Shown here: positions 49,201 through 64,000 of the stretch, one piece after another
Numbering within the stretch: position 1 is the first letter of the stretch
Layout of the letters: every line of letters starts with the position of its first letter
NCBI GenBank assembly: GCA_036172245.1
Contig: JAYWIR010000067.1
Span: forward strand, 372,001 to 436,000
Direction: 5' to 3'
Source: Raillietiella orientalis
Lineage: Eukaryota
Length of the DNA: 64,000 nucleotides
Position numbers and translations under genes: made by a program
The notes under the pieces: model-generated
Told to the model about the DNA's origin: nothing
The model's database searches: none
Seen by the model: the letters and a program-made list of their open reading frames with translations, nothing else

Positions 49201-50705
49201 AAAACGAAGCAGGCGACGAAGGGTAGACACGGGAAGAAAGGAGACGTTCCTTAGACTCGACCACTCGGAAGAGCATAACGCTCTCTTAGCTATGTCTATG
49301 GCTCTTCGGAGTCAATCTTGACCTAACGCTGTTAAAAGGGAGGTGATCAAAAGTCCAAGTCCAAGCCTTAAGGTTGCACTCTCAGTTTATCTCTACAGAA
49401 ATCAAATGCACAACCGCCTGTGCGGTTGCTCAAGGGATCCCATGGGCGGCCACCGTTCGGATGCTGAACGCTGCGCAACGGACGGAGCACGCGCTTACCA
49501 CTCTGATTCTCCCTCTCTCTTTCTAGATTAAGGATGATGTATGATCGCACGAGCGAGCCTTACTCTTACTTCTGGACGCATGAGGATCCCAGCATGCACT
49601 GCGACATGATGCACAAGTTCTTCACTACATTTGTGAACCAAAATCTGCCCTTCCTGCCGTCTCGATACTCGAAAATTCTAAGCGTGGACGATATTCCCCA
49701 AAACTTTTTCCCCATCGTGATCTTCCCGCAGATCATGAGACAGTTGCCGATGATTCATTCCCACATTTGGAACTCCAATTTTTACGTCATTGCCCCAAAA
49801 CGGTTGGTTTTGTCGCTGGGAAACGCCATGCAAATGTTGGAGGAGGAAACGGAGCTGGACGACAACTCCTTCAGAGAAACGACACGCTTGATTTCTGAGA
49901 GCCATGCTCTCATCATCCTCATCAAGTGCGTGGATGCCTGGAGGGATATACAGAGCGAAGCCCGAGCACTGATCGGGCCGTTCGTTGTTGAGAAGGCTAA
50001 AGAACAGGCGCCAAACAGGTACTCACAGTGACCTCCCGCATTTGTACGTTATGCATCTTCCTCCTTTCCGCACAGCTTGCGCGCTCAGTTTGGTATAGCT
50101 GGGAGTCTCAACGGCTTTCATGTTCTGCCAGATGCCAAAGCGCAGATGGCCTTCTTGTACAAATACCATGAGGAGTTCATTCGGAACGTTCGCAAGTCTC
50201 TGGAGAGGCCCAAGCTCAGGGTCATGGCCATGTTTCCGGTGGGTGTCGAGAAGCGGCTTTCCGTACTCGAACGTCTTTTCGGAGCCATGTGTGACGTCAT
50301 TTCATGGATGGAGATCATCGAAAGCAAAGAGGAAAAAATGCAACTAATAATTGACGGTTTGCACTTGGAAGAGAAACCGTCGACGCTGGAGAATTTCTGC
50401 AACCGGCTTCAACGGTGAGCCCCCCTAAAAGCCCAGTTTTGTACAAAAGTCGCCGGTTGCCTCCCGACGGGCGGCCGAACTCGATATGCAGAGGATTTCC
50501 TGTTTTGATAGTGGTTTTCGACAAGCCACCCCACGTTGATATGGGCACGCTGTTTCCAACATTAGAGCAACCGATCATGCAAAGTTCCTTGAAGCGTGAT
50601 ATCAACTTTATATTCCCCGAGGTTGTTGTGGAAAACAGCTTGGCTGGCAGCAGGACCGAGCTGCAGCGTAGGGATGCCCCCGAGGAGGTCAAAACGCTGG
50701 ACTAA
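40211..50705 (+). CDS. NME8: NME8/NME9 (TXNDC3)-like thioredoxin + degenerate NDP-kinase repeat protein, 9 exons, ~658 aa
   Basis: Exons 40211-40301, 40802-40905, 42575-42646, 42698-42814, 47461-47512, 48584-49079, 49527-50018, 50076-50414, 50492-50705, phases consistent. MAKKKQEIQLQ...VVDVYTKWCGPC...SCEPVFL...IIGANGP is the NME8-type thioredoxin domain. WNQLVGP and ALIGP...AKEQAPNSLRAQFG are NDK-like. NME8 versus NME9 orthology is not resolved. Confidence 0.85.
44400..45300 (-). mobile_element. Degenerate LINE RT relic in NME8-like intron 4
   Basis: Minus strand shows an LKAP..G.. pre-RT-like motif (~45180) and a CTTGCTGATGATCACCATTTTC remnant (~44640; cf. YADDITIF) in the expected order. 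Confidence 0.4.
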
Positions 50706-50718
50706 CGAGCCAGGTTTA

Positions 50719-53606
<2,888 letters not shown>

Positions 53607-53770
53607 CGAAATATATTACTTTGTGTATAATTGCATTGCATTGCATATAAATTGAAATGGCACCAGCCGTAATTTAATCTGGAAACAAAAGGAAAACGAT
53701 AAAAATTCCTCTTATAACTTTAGTTTATAGGTTCATCCGCCCACGCCAGTGACTAATGGCCAAAACTGGC

Positions 53771-56700
53771 TTATGCACCATGCAATACTTTCTCTTGATG
53801 AGGAAACATCTGTTGAAACTTTTGCTCGAATGAGATCCAGTAGCCACCTGGAAAAATCAAATGGTTGTACTGATTGTGATCTCGCAATATTACCTTTAAT
53901 ATGATAGTCTTTAAAGAACTGAAACACTGAGTAAAATATTTCCTCGTGACCACAATCTGCTGCTGACTGCAGAAACTTGCGAGCCATTGAGGGTTTCATT
54001 ATTCCAGCATTGCATGCTAACCTGAACTTGGAATCAGTTACACATTTCAATTAGCACTAGTCCCTTATTCACCTCATTGCTGGTATCACCAGTTGTTTGG
54101 AAAGCAGGACTTCCACAATCTGCTCATTCACCACATGAAGGCGTTGCAACATATCCAATGCTAGCTGATATGCTGGAGGATACTTCCGTTCCAAGCACAG
54201 CAGAAGATAGGCCTATGATGACAAATAGTTCAATTTCACCCACATTGGTTTTCTCTACCAAAGACTTGGAATCAGAAGCAACATGATACTGGAACAGCTG
54301 GTGCAATTGGAAAAAGTCACCACTCTCCGTAAGTAAGTCAATAAGCAGCTCGCACAGAAAATACTGCACAGAAATATGAAAGCTGACCAAAGAAGACAAG
54401 TATTCCATCAAAGTGGAAACTATAAATTTGGATGAGGCGCTTCCTGATTTGACTAATTTGACAAACACGTGCATGTGCAGATCGGACTGATCTAAGACTA
54501 TCTGCACCTGCTGTGGTGGGAAAACAGGTTTGCTTGCTCCAGATACAGGCAAGGAAAGCTAATTGAGACATTACGATCCTACTGAAAGAACCACCAACCT
54601 GACTTTGGAAAGATATTTCCAGTTGGTGACAGTATACTTTGTTCAGTATTTGAAACACTTTAGCAAACAAATTCAGCTGACTACTGCTTTCTACACTTGA
54701 TAACTCCTGCAAAACTTCCAAAATAATAGGCTTTGCATTGCTTCTATAGATTAAAATTTGGATCAGTCTGAGAGGATCTGTTATGATTTTGGCCAGATCC
54801 TGTAGGCAGATTTTCAAGTGCCACAGGCAGCCAATTTTAGCATCAATTATAATATTGGGAAGGAAGATGACCCATAAAGGGGAATCTTCTCTAAGCTCAG
54901 GTGAACAAAACAAATTTGTACATGCAACAAAAGAAGGGAAAAAATGAAGCAACAGTGCAACTATTTGGAAAACATACCATCAGATATGTTCAAGAAAAAG
55001 CAATCCACAGACACACAAAAGTAAATATAGGACCTGAAGTAATTATTGTAACCTATTCTGACACAAAACTGAAGCGATTGATAAAAGGATACATAAATCG
55101 CAAATCATCTCATTATTGCCATTTGTTACAGTTGGGACAGTAGGAAGTTTTAATGTAAATGAACGAATAGAAAGGGGCTCTGCAATGGGATGATGGAATG
55201 TCACATAGCCATCTGATTCTCCTGGTAGACTGATGTCAAATAGAAAAGAACACTAAAAAAAGAAAATAAATTACTCTAATTTTTTCAACTACCTTTAAAT
55301 CTTGGTGATGCACAACAACCAAATTATCAACAATGTTCACACCTAACCTTCCCGAATGATCTAACTTCAGAATGTGATTTTTCCTTGTAGGTCCATCTCT
55401 GAAAAATTGCTGGAATTTTTCCCCCAACCTTCATGTTTTAAAATTGACCTGCTGATTAGGTACACATCGATTTCAACACCACAGTCGGGAATTCCAATAC
55501 TGTGATGGCAAAGAACTAACAAACATTCTTGATGGTAAATTGTAGCAACAAACACGTCCTTCTCCAATAAACCTTGACTTGCAGGATCTGCTGAACAAGT
55601 TTCAACTTCAAATTTATTCTGCTTATAAATGTGGTTCTCTTGCAGATAAAAAGAATAAACTGTGCAATTTTTGGATCCCGCAAACACCAAAAGAAGTTTA
55701 GTAGCATTATTGTATCGATAAAAATTAATAGACAGGCTATAGCTTTTGACTATCTTCACCAATTTCTTTTCCGGGACTACCTTCAAAGAAATGCATCATG
55801 AGATGTGATGGAAGAATGATATTGGTTCATTTCATTTGAAACAAACATCAAAAACAGGGTATGAATTGTTCAAGAAAAACAATAGCATAACTTAATAATA
55901 GGATAGCATGAAAATATCAGGATTTCACTGCTAATACTTTCAGGTTCATATGTTGACTGATCCTAAATAGAAATGGCAATGTTCACTAATGGAAGCACCA
56001 TCATTATTCACAACAGCCCAGTTTTGATTTTCACATGAAACAAGTACATCTAACATGAATGAAACAAATGTCAATCTTCAATGCTCATCTTTCCAAATAC
56101 TCAATGCAAAATATGCAGCGAGGGAAAGAAAACACATATCACAATAAGCACAGCTAACTTGCTTATCTCCCCAAAAGATTCCAACAGTTCAACCTAGATA
56201 ACTTCGTTTTAGATTGGTTACCCCAATTCACTGCAGTCAACAGATTACAAAACAAAATCTCTGACACTAACATATCCTCAGAAACATAGTAAAAAATACT
56301 GATGAGAACCAAGTCTTAATTCTAGTTCTGCCACTGCTGCATATGTGTTTACTTCTTTATTGTTGCAAAAACTACTAGAATATTCAAGAATGCACTTTTA
56401 CAAACTACCATGTGCACCATTCAACTTTGACTGATTTACAGCCAACCTATAAACTACATGCAGGGGATGTAAAAAGGTAACAAGAGCTAGGGAGAAATAC
56501 CACTGTCTAAACTTTGATGGTAATTTTTAAACTCAATTTGCATGCTTTCTTTCCTGATGTGATCTAAAACCACTGAGATAACTAATATAAATTATTCCAC
56601 ACTTTTTTTACATTTTTTTTAACACCCATTTCATAAATTTCATTGTCTCAATCCCAACACTTTCAGAAAATTGGTGTGACTAACATAATAAAAAAATTAA

Positions 56701-58223
56701 GGATATCCCTCACACAAGTTAAAATAAGTATTCAAAATAAATTTGGGCTTACGACATAAAGTTCTACTCCATAGTTGTTGATCATAAGGATATGGGAATC
56801 AAAACACCACACAAATCCTTTAATGCATGTATTTTTGCGCTTGCAGACAAGCTGATATTCTGTAGGATCCAGCTGGCCATCAGCAAAATTGTAGAAATTC
56901 TATTTTTGAAATCAGTTATGATAAAATAAATATCTGAATTCAAACACAAAAAACACAAACAAATAAGGATGAATATGCACAGAATCAATATGGTGAAATA
57001 TGAGAATGACTGCATTTACTTTCTGTGCAGAAGCATTTCAAAACATTCTTTTGATAACACGATCAGTTTTGATGCAAATGGACTTACTATACTACTTTTC
57101 TCTAATAGCATGATTTCATAAATTATACAGAAAACACAGAAAATGCTTGAATTCATGATACTTTTTAAGACCATTAATACTTGAAATGAGACTCTTGAAA
57201 GCAGTACTAACTATGCATGATTTACTGCGCTGTATGGCAAGTATGTTTAAATGGGGTGAAAACTTGATTGCTGTTAATGGACCTCTGTCATCCATTCTGA
57301 AGGATACATTATTATTAAACAATCCTTTTACTATGACACCAGTCGTCCCTCGGGAACGGACAGAAAAAATCTGAAATTTAAATCATTATTTATACTCTCA
57401 GCATAAGATTTGCAATAAAACAACCAAAAATGTCTCATCATAAAACACTTTCAAGGATTCATTGATTAGCTTTTCTAAACCATCCCTTGAATGTGTGACA
57501 TTTAAAAATGCACTACTTTGAAGTAACATCTTTTTTTAGAATGAGTGACAAACATTTTGCATCAAAATTCATCTAAATAGCTAGGATAATAAAGTAGTTC
57601 CTATAATAATGAGAGTCATTCTTTTCTTTTTTTTTTTCATTACAGTAGATGTCCTTTTAATGATTTCTAACCCCTTTTTTTAATGTAGTAGGCTCTAACA
57701 CCTCTGGTGTCTTTAAGGAGCAGCTCAGCACTCCAGGAACCAAATTAACTGTGGATTACTGTAGTACTACAATGTGTTTCATACATTCATTGAAACTTGT
57801 CACTTTGAAATTCACATATTTTGGAATATCTAAACGAAAGAGATTAACGATAATCCATCAAACGGTGCCCTAATAGTACAAATACAGCTAGTCAGCTTCA
57901 ACAGCAACTTTTTCTGTGGAAATGATACAACTGAAAATACCCAATTTTATCTGATGAACATATACACCGTGAAAGGCATACACCCTATGCATTATGCAAC
58001 ACATGCGTTAAGATAGCATATATATGTGTACATGGAGAAACGGCAGTTGAGAAAAACAGTCACTAGATAAAAAAACTGCAATCCCCACTTTGAACAATGT
58101 GGTTAAAGCAAAACGCTTCGGGAGCTACCGTACCTGGCCATTCACTTCGTCGAAAAACACATCTGTAATATTGCTAACTGGTTCAAACTCGATCACGTTC
58201 GTATCGAATTCAAGATAATGCAT
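53771..58223 (-). CDS. RMC1: Regulator of MON1-CCZ1 complex (RMC1/C18orf8/Mic1), 11 exons, 641 aa
   Basis: Exons 58223-58134, 57370-57212, 56899-56753, 55780-55449, 55398-55293, 55252-55093, 54885-54599, 54558-54259, 54212-54073, 54021-53894, 53847-53771. Motifs VFFDEVNGQIFSVRS, SFRMDDRG..IKFS..ILAIQR, NIVDNLVVVHHQ, QLHQLFQYHVASDSKSLA, QLALDML, ARKFL. Confidence 0.92.
54886..55092 (-). other. U12-type (minor spliceosome) GT-AG intron in RMC1
   Basis: 5' end GTATCCTTTT matches the U12 consensus RTATCCTTT. The 3' end GCTTAGAGAAG has no adjacent polypyrimidine tract. Splicing restores ...CDLYSPLW. Confidence 0.8.
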
Positions 58224-58829
58224 ATCTGCCGGTTAAAGAGAGTTCCTATGCCTACCAACTCATTGTGTGCATGCACTTTTATAATGGCTCAACGGCCGTC
58301 CACTGACTGATGGGATGCACAGCAGGATCAAATGCAACACGCCCGTTGTCATAGCAGGACGATCCACAGGGACGAGGAACGCGTGCATCCCGTGGATTCG
58401 ATTCCCGAATGCAGAGGGAACGCGTTCGAAATCGGGACGACCATCTTAACCGCGTGGCTTTCTCAGTGGGCAACCAAAGCTCTGCTCGGGCAAGATGCAC
58501 CCTCCTCGCCCTTTGTTTGCAGTTACTTCGGTCACTGCAACCCCTCTGCTCCCACAGCAGACCCCGGGAGGGCCAAATTGACCACGCGTGTCCGCAGCTC
58601 GCGCCGTGGGCGTTGAAAGTGACCGCTCTGGCATAAAGCACGATACCCAAAAACGTGGCTAAGGAGAAAGAGGAAGACATGACACGTGTGCATGCAGAGG
58701 AGGTTTGGCACAGACATTCCTCAAGCCAACTTCTAAACTGGCTGGCATGCTCTTTCGATTCCAGCAGCTCTTCCAGAAAATCACAAACATGGAGGACAAT
58801 GCTGGACGTAACTTCTGGTCTGTGCAATG

Positions 58830-59755
58830 TTGATTTTCGCTCGGGTAAGCCGGGGATTATGAAAAATTTTACAATTATGTATTTTATAATGAAGTCCTGT
58901 CGTCTGTACTTGTGTTCCAGTCAGAACACATTGTTCTTATTGTCTTATGCACTTGTCCTTTCCGACTTGTATGCCGGTAAGGTCCTCTCCACTGGCGAAG
59001 GGGACGGGAAAAAGAGAAAAAAACAAAAACAAAAAAAAGAAAAACGCTTGGGGGACAATGTTTATAGGGAGGGGAGGGAAGGGAAGGGATCACGGTACGC
59101 CGTGGGGAGGTCTCTGCATCTGGTTCTGGATGTGAACAAGTGCTGGCAGAATTTTCCTTAGCCGGCGCCAACGGGAAGCCTTCTCCATGGAGATGACTGC
59201 CCAGTGGATGGCATTCCGACTACTGCGGCCTCTTATCGATGCGTTCCACTTGTCCAATATTCCCCGTATGCAGCAGAGAACTGCAACACACGAGGCACCT
59301 GGCAGGGAGTTCCGCATCAGGAGGCGACGAAAAATATTTTTAGGGTTGCCCACCGGTACGTTTATGGCCGACGAGAGTCGATCCCACGTGAGGCGGAGGG
59401 CAGCACACTCGATTATTAAGTGGGGGAAGGTCTCCCTTTCCCCGCACTCTGCACAATGGGCATCCGATCTCCCCAATGTCCAGTGAGAGAGGCGTGCTCT
59501 GCTTAAAAGTCCCCAATGGAGCACAAGCAGCGCCGTATCCTGCCAATCCAAAGGGAGGGTGCCACTGTCCCAATACGCCCGGGGCCACTTCACCTCCTCC
59601 GGAGGCATGCCGAGCAGCTCGCCCCAGCACACAATTCCTTTGGCGGGACGCTCGGGGTTGTAGCGTCCTCTAGTTCCCGGGACGTCCATGCCTTCATCAG
59701 TTTTTTCCTGCCTCCGATGAGGCAAGACACTTCCCACGATGCCTCCTCTGTGCAA
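58830..59755 (-). mobile_element. 5'-truncated LINE (divergent subfamily) with 3' end
   Basis: ORF 59090-59755 has the complete CCHC finger CAECGERETFPHLIIEC, then a T-rich UTR and terminal CCCCGGCTTACCCGAGCGAAAATCAA. Confidence 0.85.
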
Positions 59756-60779
59756 TGTTGAAGACTAATATTTTTGACCTTTTTCTACCAAACACATAAT
59801 CAAATGCCAAATAATGAGATCCCACAACAGTATCAACTTATGCATATCCAAGCATTATGCAAGCATTTTTTAACCAGTCCTTGCGACACGTTCCAACAAA
59901 TGTCGTCCTGAGAAATGGAAAATTTAACAAAAGAAGAGTAAACGAAATTGCTTTACCTTCACGTTGTGGAAACTCTTACGAAGACCTCAAGGAAACTGGG
60001 TCTCTTGGAGCAAAATAAATTAAAATGTGCTGTAACCATGTGAGAAGCAAGAGATCTCAAAATGCTTAAAGAAAACCATCGCGAGGAACCGAAAATGGAC
60101 CCAATCATGGCTTGCTTATTTTAATTTCTCCTGCTTCTGATTTCCCAAAATGAAGAACCAAAAAAAGAAAAAACAGGATGAACGAGTTACTGAGTCCGCA
60201 TCTGAGACAAAGTTACAAGACAAGTCGAAAGCATGTGAAAACTAATTCTAGAGCACTGGCGACTAAGTACATCCTGTCTCTGAAAAGTCTCGTTGAGCAA
60301 GATATTTATGTGAATAATATAACAGAGAGGAATATTTTAATACAGACATATGTTGCCATGATCTCTCAGTCATGTATATCATAAAGTAGAAAACTTCATT
60401 AGATGGGGCAAGAAATGTGGAAACAGTAAGGAAACAGTAACAAAAGGTTTCTGTTTCAACACTCAGTTTTAACATTGCAGTTTTAGTTTCAGTTTTAATA
60501 CAAGCTTTTGTGCAAGCGTCTGAGATTAAATAAAGCTTTGAGTTTTTTTTAATCTGGTTTTGTTGATGCACTGGACAGAGTTTATATCACTTAAACTTTT
60601 ACCTTGAAGAAAATATTATTGAAGAATCATTCTCATCAAGTAAGAAGCAAACAATATTAAAGCTATATTGTTTTCTGGAAGTTACAAACATTTATAATTG
60701 GCCAACCATATTTTACCAATGCTTCCAACGTATTCACAAGACCCATCTTTCGTATGTCTGTATTCTTTAATATGTCTCA

Positions 60780-61650
60780 AGTCGTATCACTTCCTTGAAG
60801 GCAACTCCGAGATATCATCCACAGCTGCATCAATTGTCAATCCGCTCAGATCTCTTCGAATGTTGCAGACTACCCAAATCGTCTTTCCAACTCATATGAT
60901 GCTCAACCTCAAAAATTCTTCAAATGGTCCCTGAAGCATCTTTATCACACCTTGCAATCCCTTCGATGGTAAAATAGTTTGACTTCGGAACACCTCCATG
61001 TATGAAAGTTGCACACGCCTAGAAGCCAGGCACTAACCACTTCTATCTTTAAGAAACATGAATACGAGACTCCAGCACAACGTCCATCTGATCTCAAAGA
61101 ATGCTCTGCACACATTCATATCCCAGTGAATCTATCTCTAAGCTTCAATATCAGTTTGTGCTCTTCATGAAAATCAAATTGCCACTCCGAAGGTGAGCTT
61201 TTTGTCTCAAGATCACACCACCTCAATTTATTAGCCATTCGTTCTTTATCATGATTAACATTTCACATGTTTTTCAAGTTTCTTCAATAAGCAAAAAACG
61301 CACACTCTTAAGGCCTCATCTTGCTTTAAGATCAGCTTTACCCGATGGGATGAATTTATTTAAAAACAACATGTTTACAGTAAATCAAACACAGTGCTCT
61401 TTCACAATTCCCTCGGAAGTTCTCACAGAAAGTCGTACTCCGGTTCTTCGTTCCAACACTTTACGATCGTGCCACTCAAAGAGAAAGGATAGTAGGAGCA
61501 ACTTGTACTCCTCTGGCTACTTGAAATTCAGAATGTAGCTGAGTGTCCAGACAGGCACCTTTTTGCAGCTGTGTATCTCAAATCCCTTTTTGTAGATTTC
61601 CATAGATGCCACATCCTTGCCTGGGAGCACATTTCACCTTTTGATCACTT
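60780..61650 (-). mobile_element. Old AT-rich LINE RT relic
   Basis: Minus strand, in order: PGKDVASMEIYK (~61620; cf. KxPGxDGxxxExYK), ENFRGI (~61420), a D-E-A-DRI-W-like stretch (~61140) and AAVDDI (~60820; cf. YADD). Confidence 0.5.
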
Positions 61651-64000
61651 TCTTCACGATGCTCGTCTTAAAGGCTAGTGTAACTCACACCATGGGGTTG
61701 TCTTCAGGAACCACTCCATTGTCTTGGATGAGGCTTTTCGGGTTATCTGTTTAAGTCCTGAGACCTGTTTTGCAGGATTGTCGCCCACCGCACCACTCTC
61801 CAGTCGTGGTTTTCCTTTTCCTTATATGCTTTGCAAGTCTCATCCTGGGCTTCTCCCGTCATATACTGGAGACGGACTTCTCACGAGATACTCCTTTCAT
61901 AAAACAGCAGAAGATCGTCTTATGTTTCCAATAGCAAATCCATTTTTCAAATGACCGTGCCAATGTCTCTCAAGTTCACTTGTGTTTCCGGAAACGATGG
62001 ACTACTCTAAGAAAGGATTGGTCCTTCTGTCCTTGGAACCCATGATAGGACCCTTCACTAAATTCGACAATATGAAATAAATTTGTTTGATTTCACGAAT
62101 TCTTTCATACATTCCACCATTCAAATGGTTAACTGTTGTCCTTCAAGCTTCAATCATATGAATTATTGGGAACAAGCATTTCTGAGCATGTCACCCTACA
62201 GAAATTCATTTTTCCCCTGATTTATTTCGAAATCACCGCTCCGATTCATTTTTTTTCCACATCATCTATTCGCAAACTTTCATATTTTTCCGAAGTGCAT
62301 TGTAGTTTCAATTGCATTTATCCCCCTGATATTCGGAGCATCGAACAGGCACCTATACCCAATTATTGTCTAGTAGAAAACAATTAGGAGCATGGCTCTT
62401 GATACTTTTTGTTCATCTGTAGAATCTTCCTCTCTGTACCTTTCTATATTCATACATCATTAATCAGATTACAAGCAATAACTCCATACTGGAAATGTAC
62501 ACAGAGACCATGATCATCGACGTGAACACACAGAGCATTCCTTCAACAACTCCATCCTATGCTGAGCTTCACCTTCCTTCAAGTCCACTTATTCAATCTC
62601 ATACTAGAGGCGGGCTCTTTATACCTGATGGTTTCAATATTCATCTTACCCGTCTTAATTGAATTTAAAATAAAACTCAAAAGAACACTGTACTGCAAGC
62701 TAGCTAATTAGCTGCTCAACATGAAATTCAGTTTATATATCCATAGATTTTATTGTGGTCCATTTTCATCCTTCCTATGAACTGCGTCCTGATTGAAATT
62801 TCCCTTTCTCTATTTAAAAAATCTCTATTTAGAATATGTTTGTGCCCAAATAATCAAAATACGAGATCATATACCAACACTGCAACCAAATTTCTCTCGT
62901 AGATTCAGTTTCAAAATAAAATCCTCCAACAACTCTGTTTGCCATCCAATGCTTGGGATCTCCTTCCCTTCCTCTTTAATGTAACATGGAGCCTCATGTT
63001 TCTTCAGGATAAACTGTCACTTGTTCAAAGAACATAAAATCCTTCCATCCAATGAAGAATACGTTACCCTTATTCGTGTGTTCAATTGCAACCACAACTA
63101 GTAAAACGTAGTAAAATTTAATATCGACCAGCAACTCAAATTATCGGTATAGTGATCACATTAAATACGACTCCTCTTTTTTAAAGTTACACATGATGTC
63201 TTCAGAATTAATGAGAACATTAAATGTAGAAATATCCCTTTGTTGACAGAGAAAGCATAATAAAATCTGAAATTCGATCAAAGTATTTTGGTTTCCTTAA
63301 CGTGATTAAAAAAAACCACTGTATGGCTTGTAAAGCAGTGTCTACATAGGTCAAGTCTGCTTCCTGGCCTTACATAATGTCGACAAACATCAATAATAGC
63401 ATCTCATTTAGCTAATGAATAATTGGAAAGCATAGATTAATACTTTTATTTCTTCTTTAAAGATGATGCATCGCGCATAAATTCCTTCTATTATTCGGGT
63501 TCTTCGGCCAATTTAAGCATTGCATAATATATTTATGTTGTATTCTATGCATGCAAGATTTTCAAAAGGTAATTATACTAGTAATCTTTCATCTAAAACC
63601 TGCAACTCTAACTATTATATGAAAGTCAAATGAACTAGGAATACGGTAAATTCTTATCACTACATTAGTTAATGTGTTTGAAAAATACGTGCAGTCAGGT
63701 GCGTATTAATATCTTAAAAACAGAACTGCATTCAATGCTCTTATTAGCTTTAATGCATAGAATCTAAAACATATCCTTCTCCATCATCATTCACATATCC
63801 TATATGGAAATATTATTATTATTACTACTACCTTAAACATAATTCCTTTTTATTGATAATGTCATTATTCAACACTTCTTATACGTACCTGTACCGAGGT
63901 TTTATAAATATATGAGGCATCACTTGATAATTACACTGATTAATAGCTCTCAATAATGTGCATAATGTTAGAAATAAAGATTCACTTAAGCTTTATCTTT

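Noticed and set aside
53733..53893. RMC1 ending at 53733 as in the ORF track
   Set aside because: A 46-nt GT-AG intron (53893-53848) gives ...FEQKFQQMF...* at 53771, which fits the family C-terminus better.

Overview
Animal genomic DNA, most likely arthropod, judged from the E(z) C-terminus [19 protein letters not shown] and the 40-80 nt introns. Six conserved genes were reconstructed by hand, the five spliced ones exon by exon with phase-consistent GT-AG introns: UBE2F (+, 7712-9682), APC5 (-, 17775-21477), DCAF1/VprBP (-, single coding exon, 21942-26507), an NME8/TXNDC3-like thioredoxin-NDK gene (+, 40211-50705), E(z)/EZH (-, 50759-53606) and RMC1/C18orf8 (-, 53771-58223). Much of the remaining sequence is decayed APE-type non-LTR retrotransposon (L1/Tx1-like). 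The most unusual observations: (1) a ~17 kb domain (~14.4-31.8 kb) with very high GC and strong strand skew that covers DCAF1, APC5, their introns and flanking DNA; (2) operon-like head-to-tail packing of DCAF1>APC5 and RMC1>E(z), with acceptor-like sites just upstream of the downstream ATGs; (3) a 106-codon in-frame extension behind the DCAF1 TGA; (4) a LINE family whose 3' UTR carries a conserved 45-nt structured module with a covarying palindrome and ends in hairpin+GAAAATC rather than poly(A); (5) a U12-type intron in RMC1; (6) an AT-rich foldback with perfect 48-bp arms. All family assignments are from motif recognition; no database searches were run.
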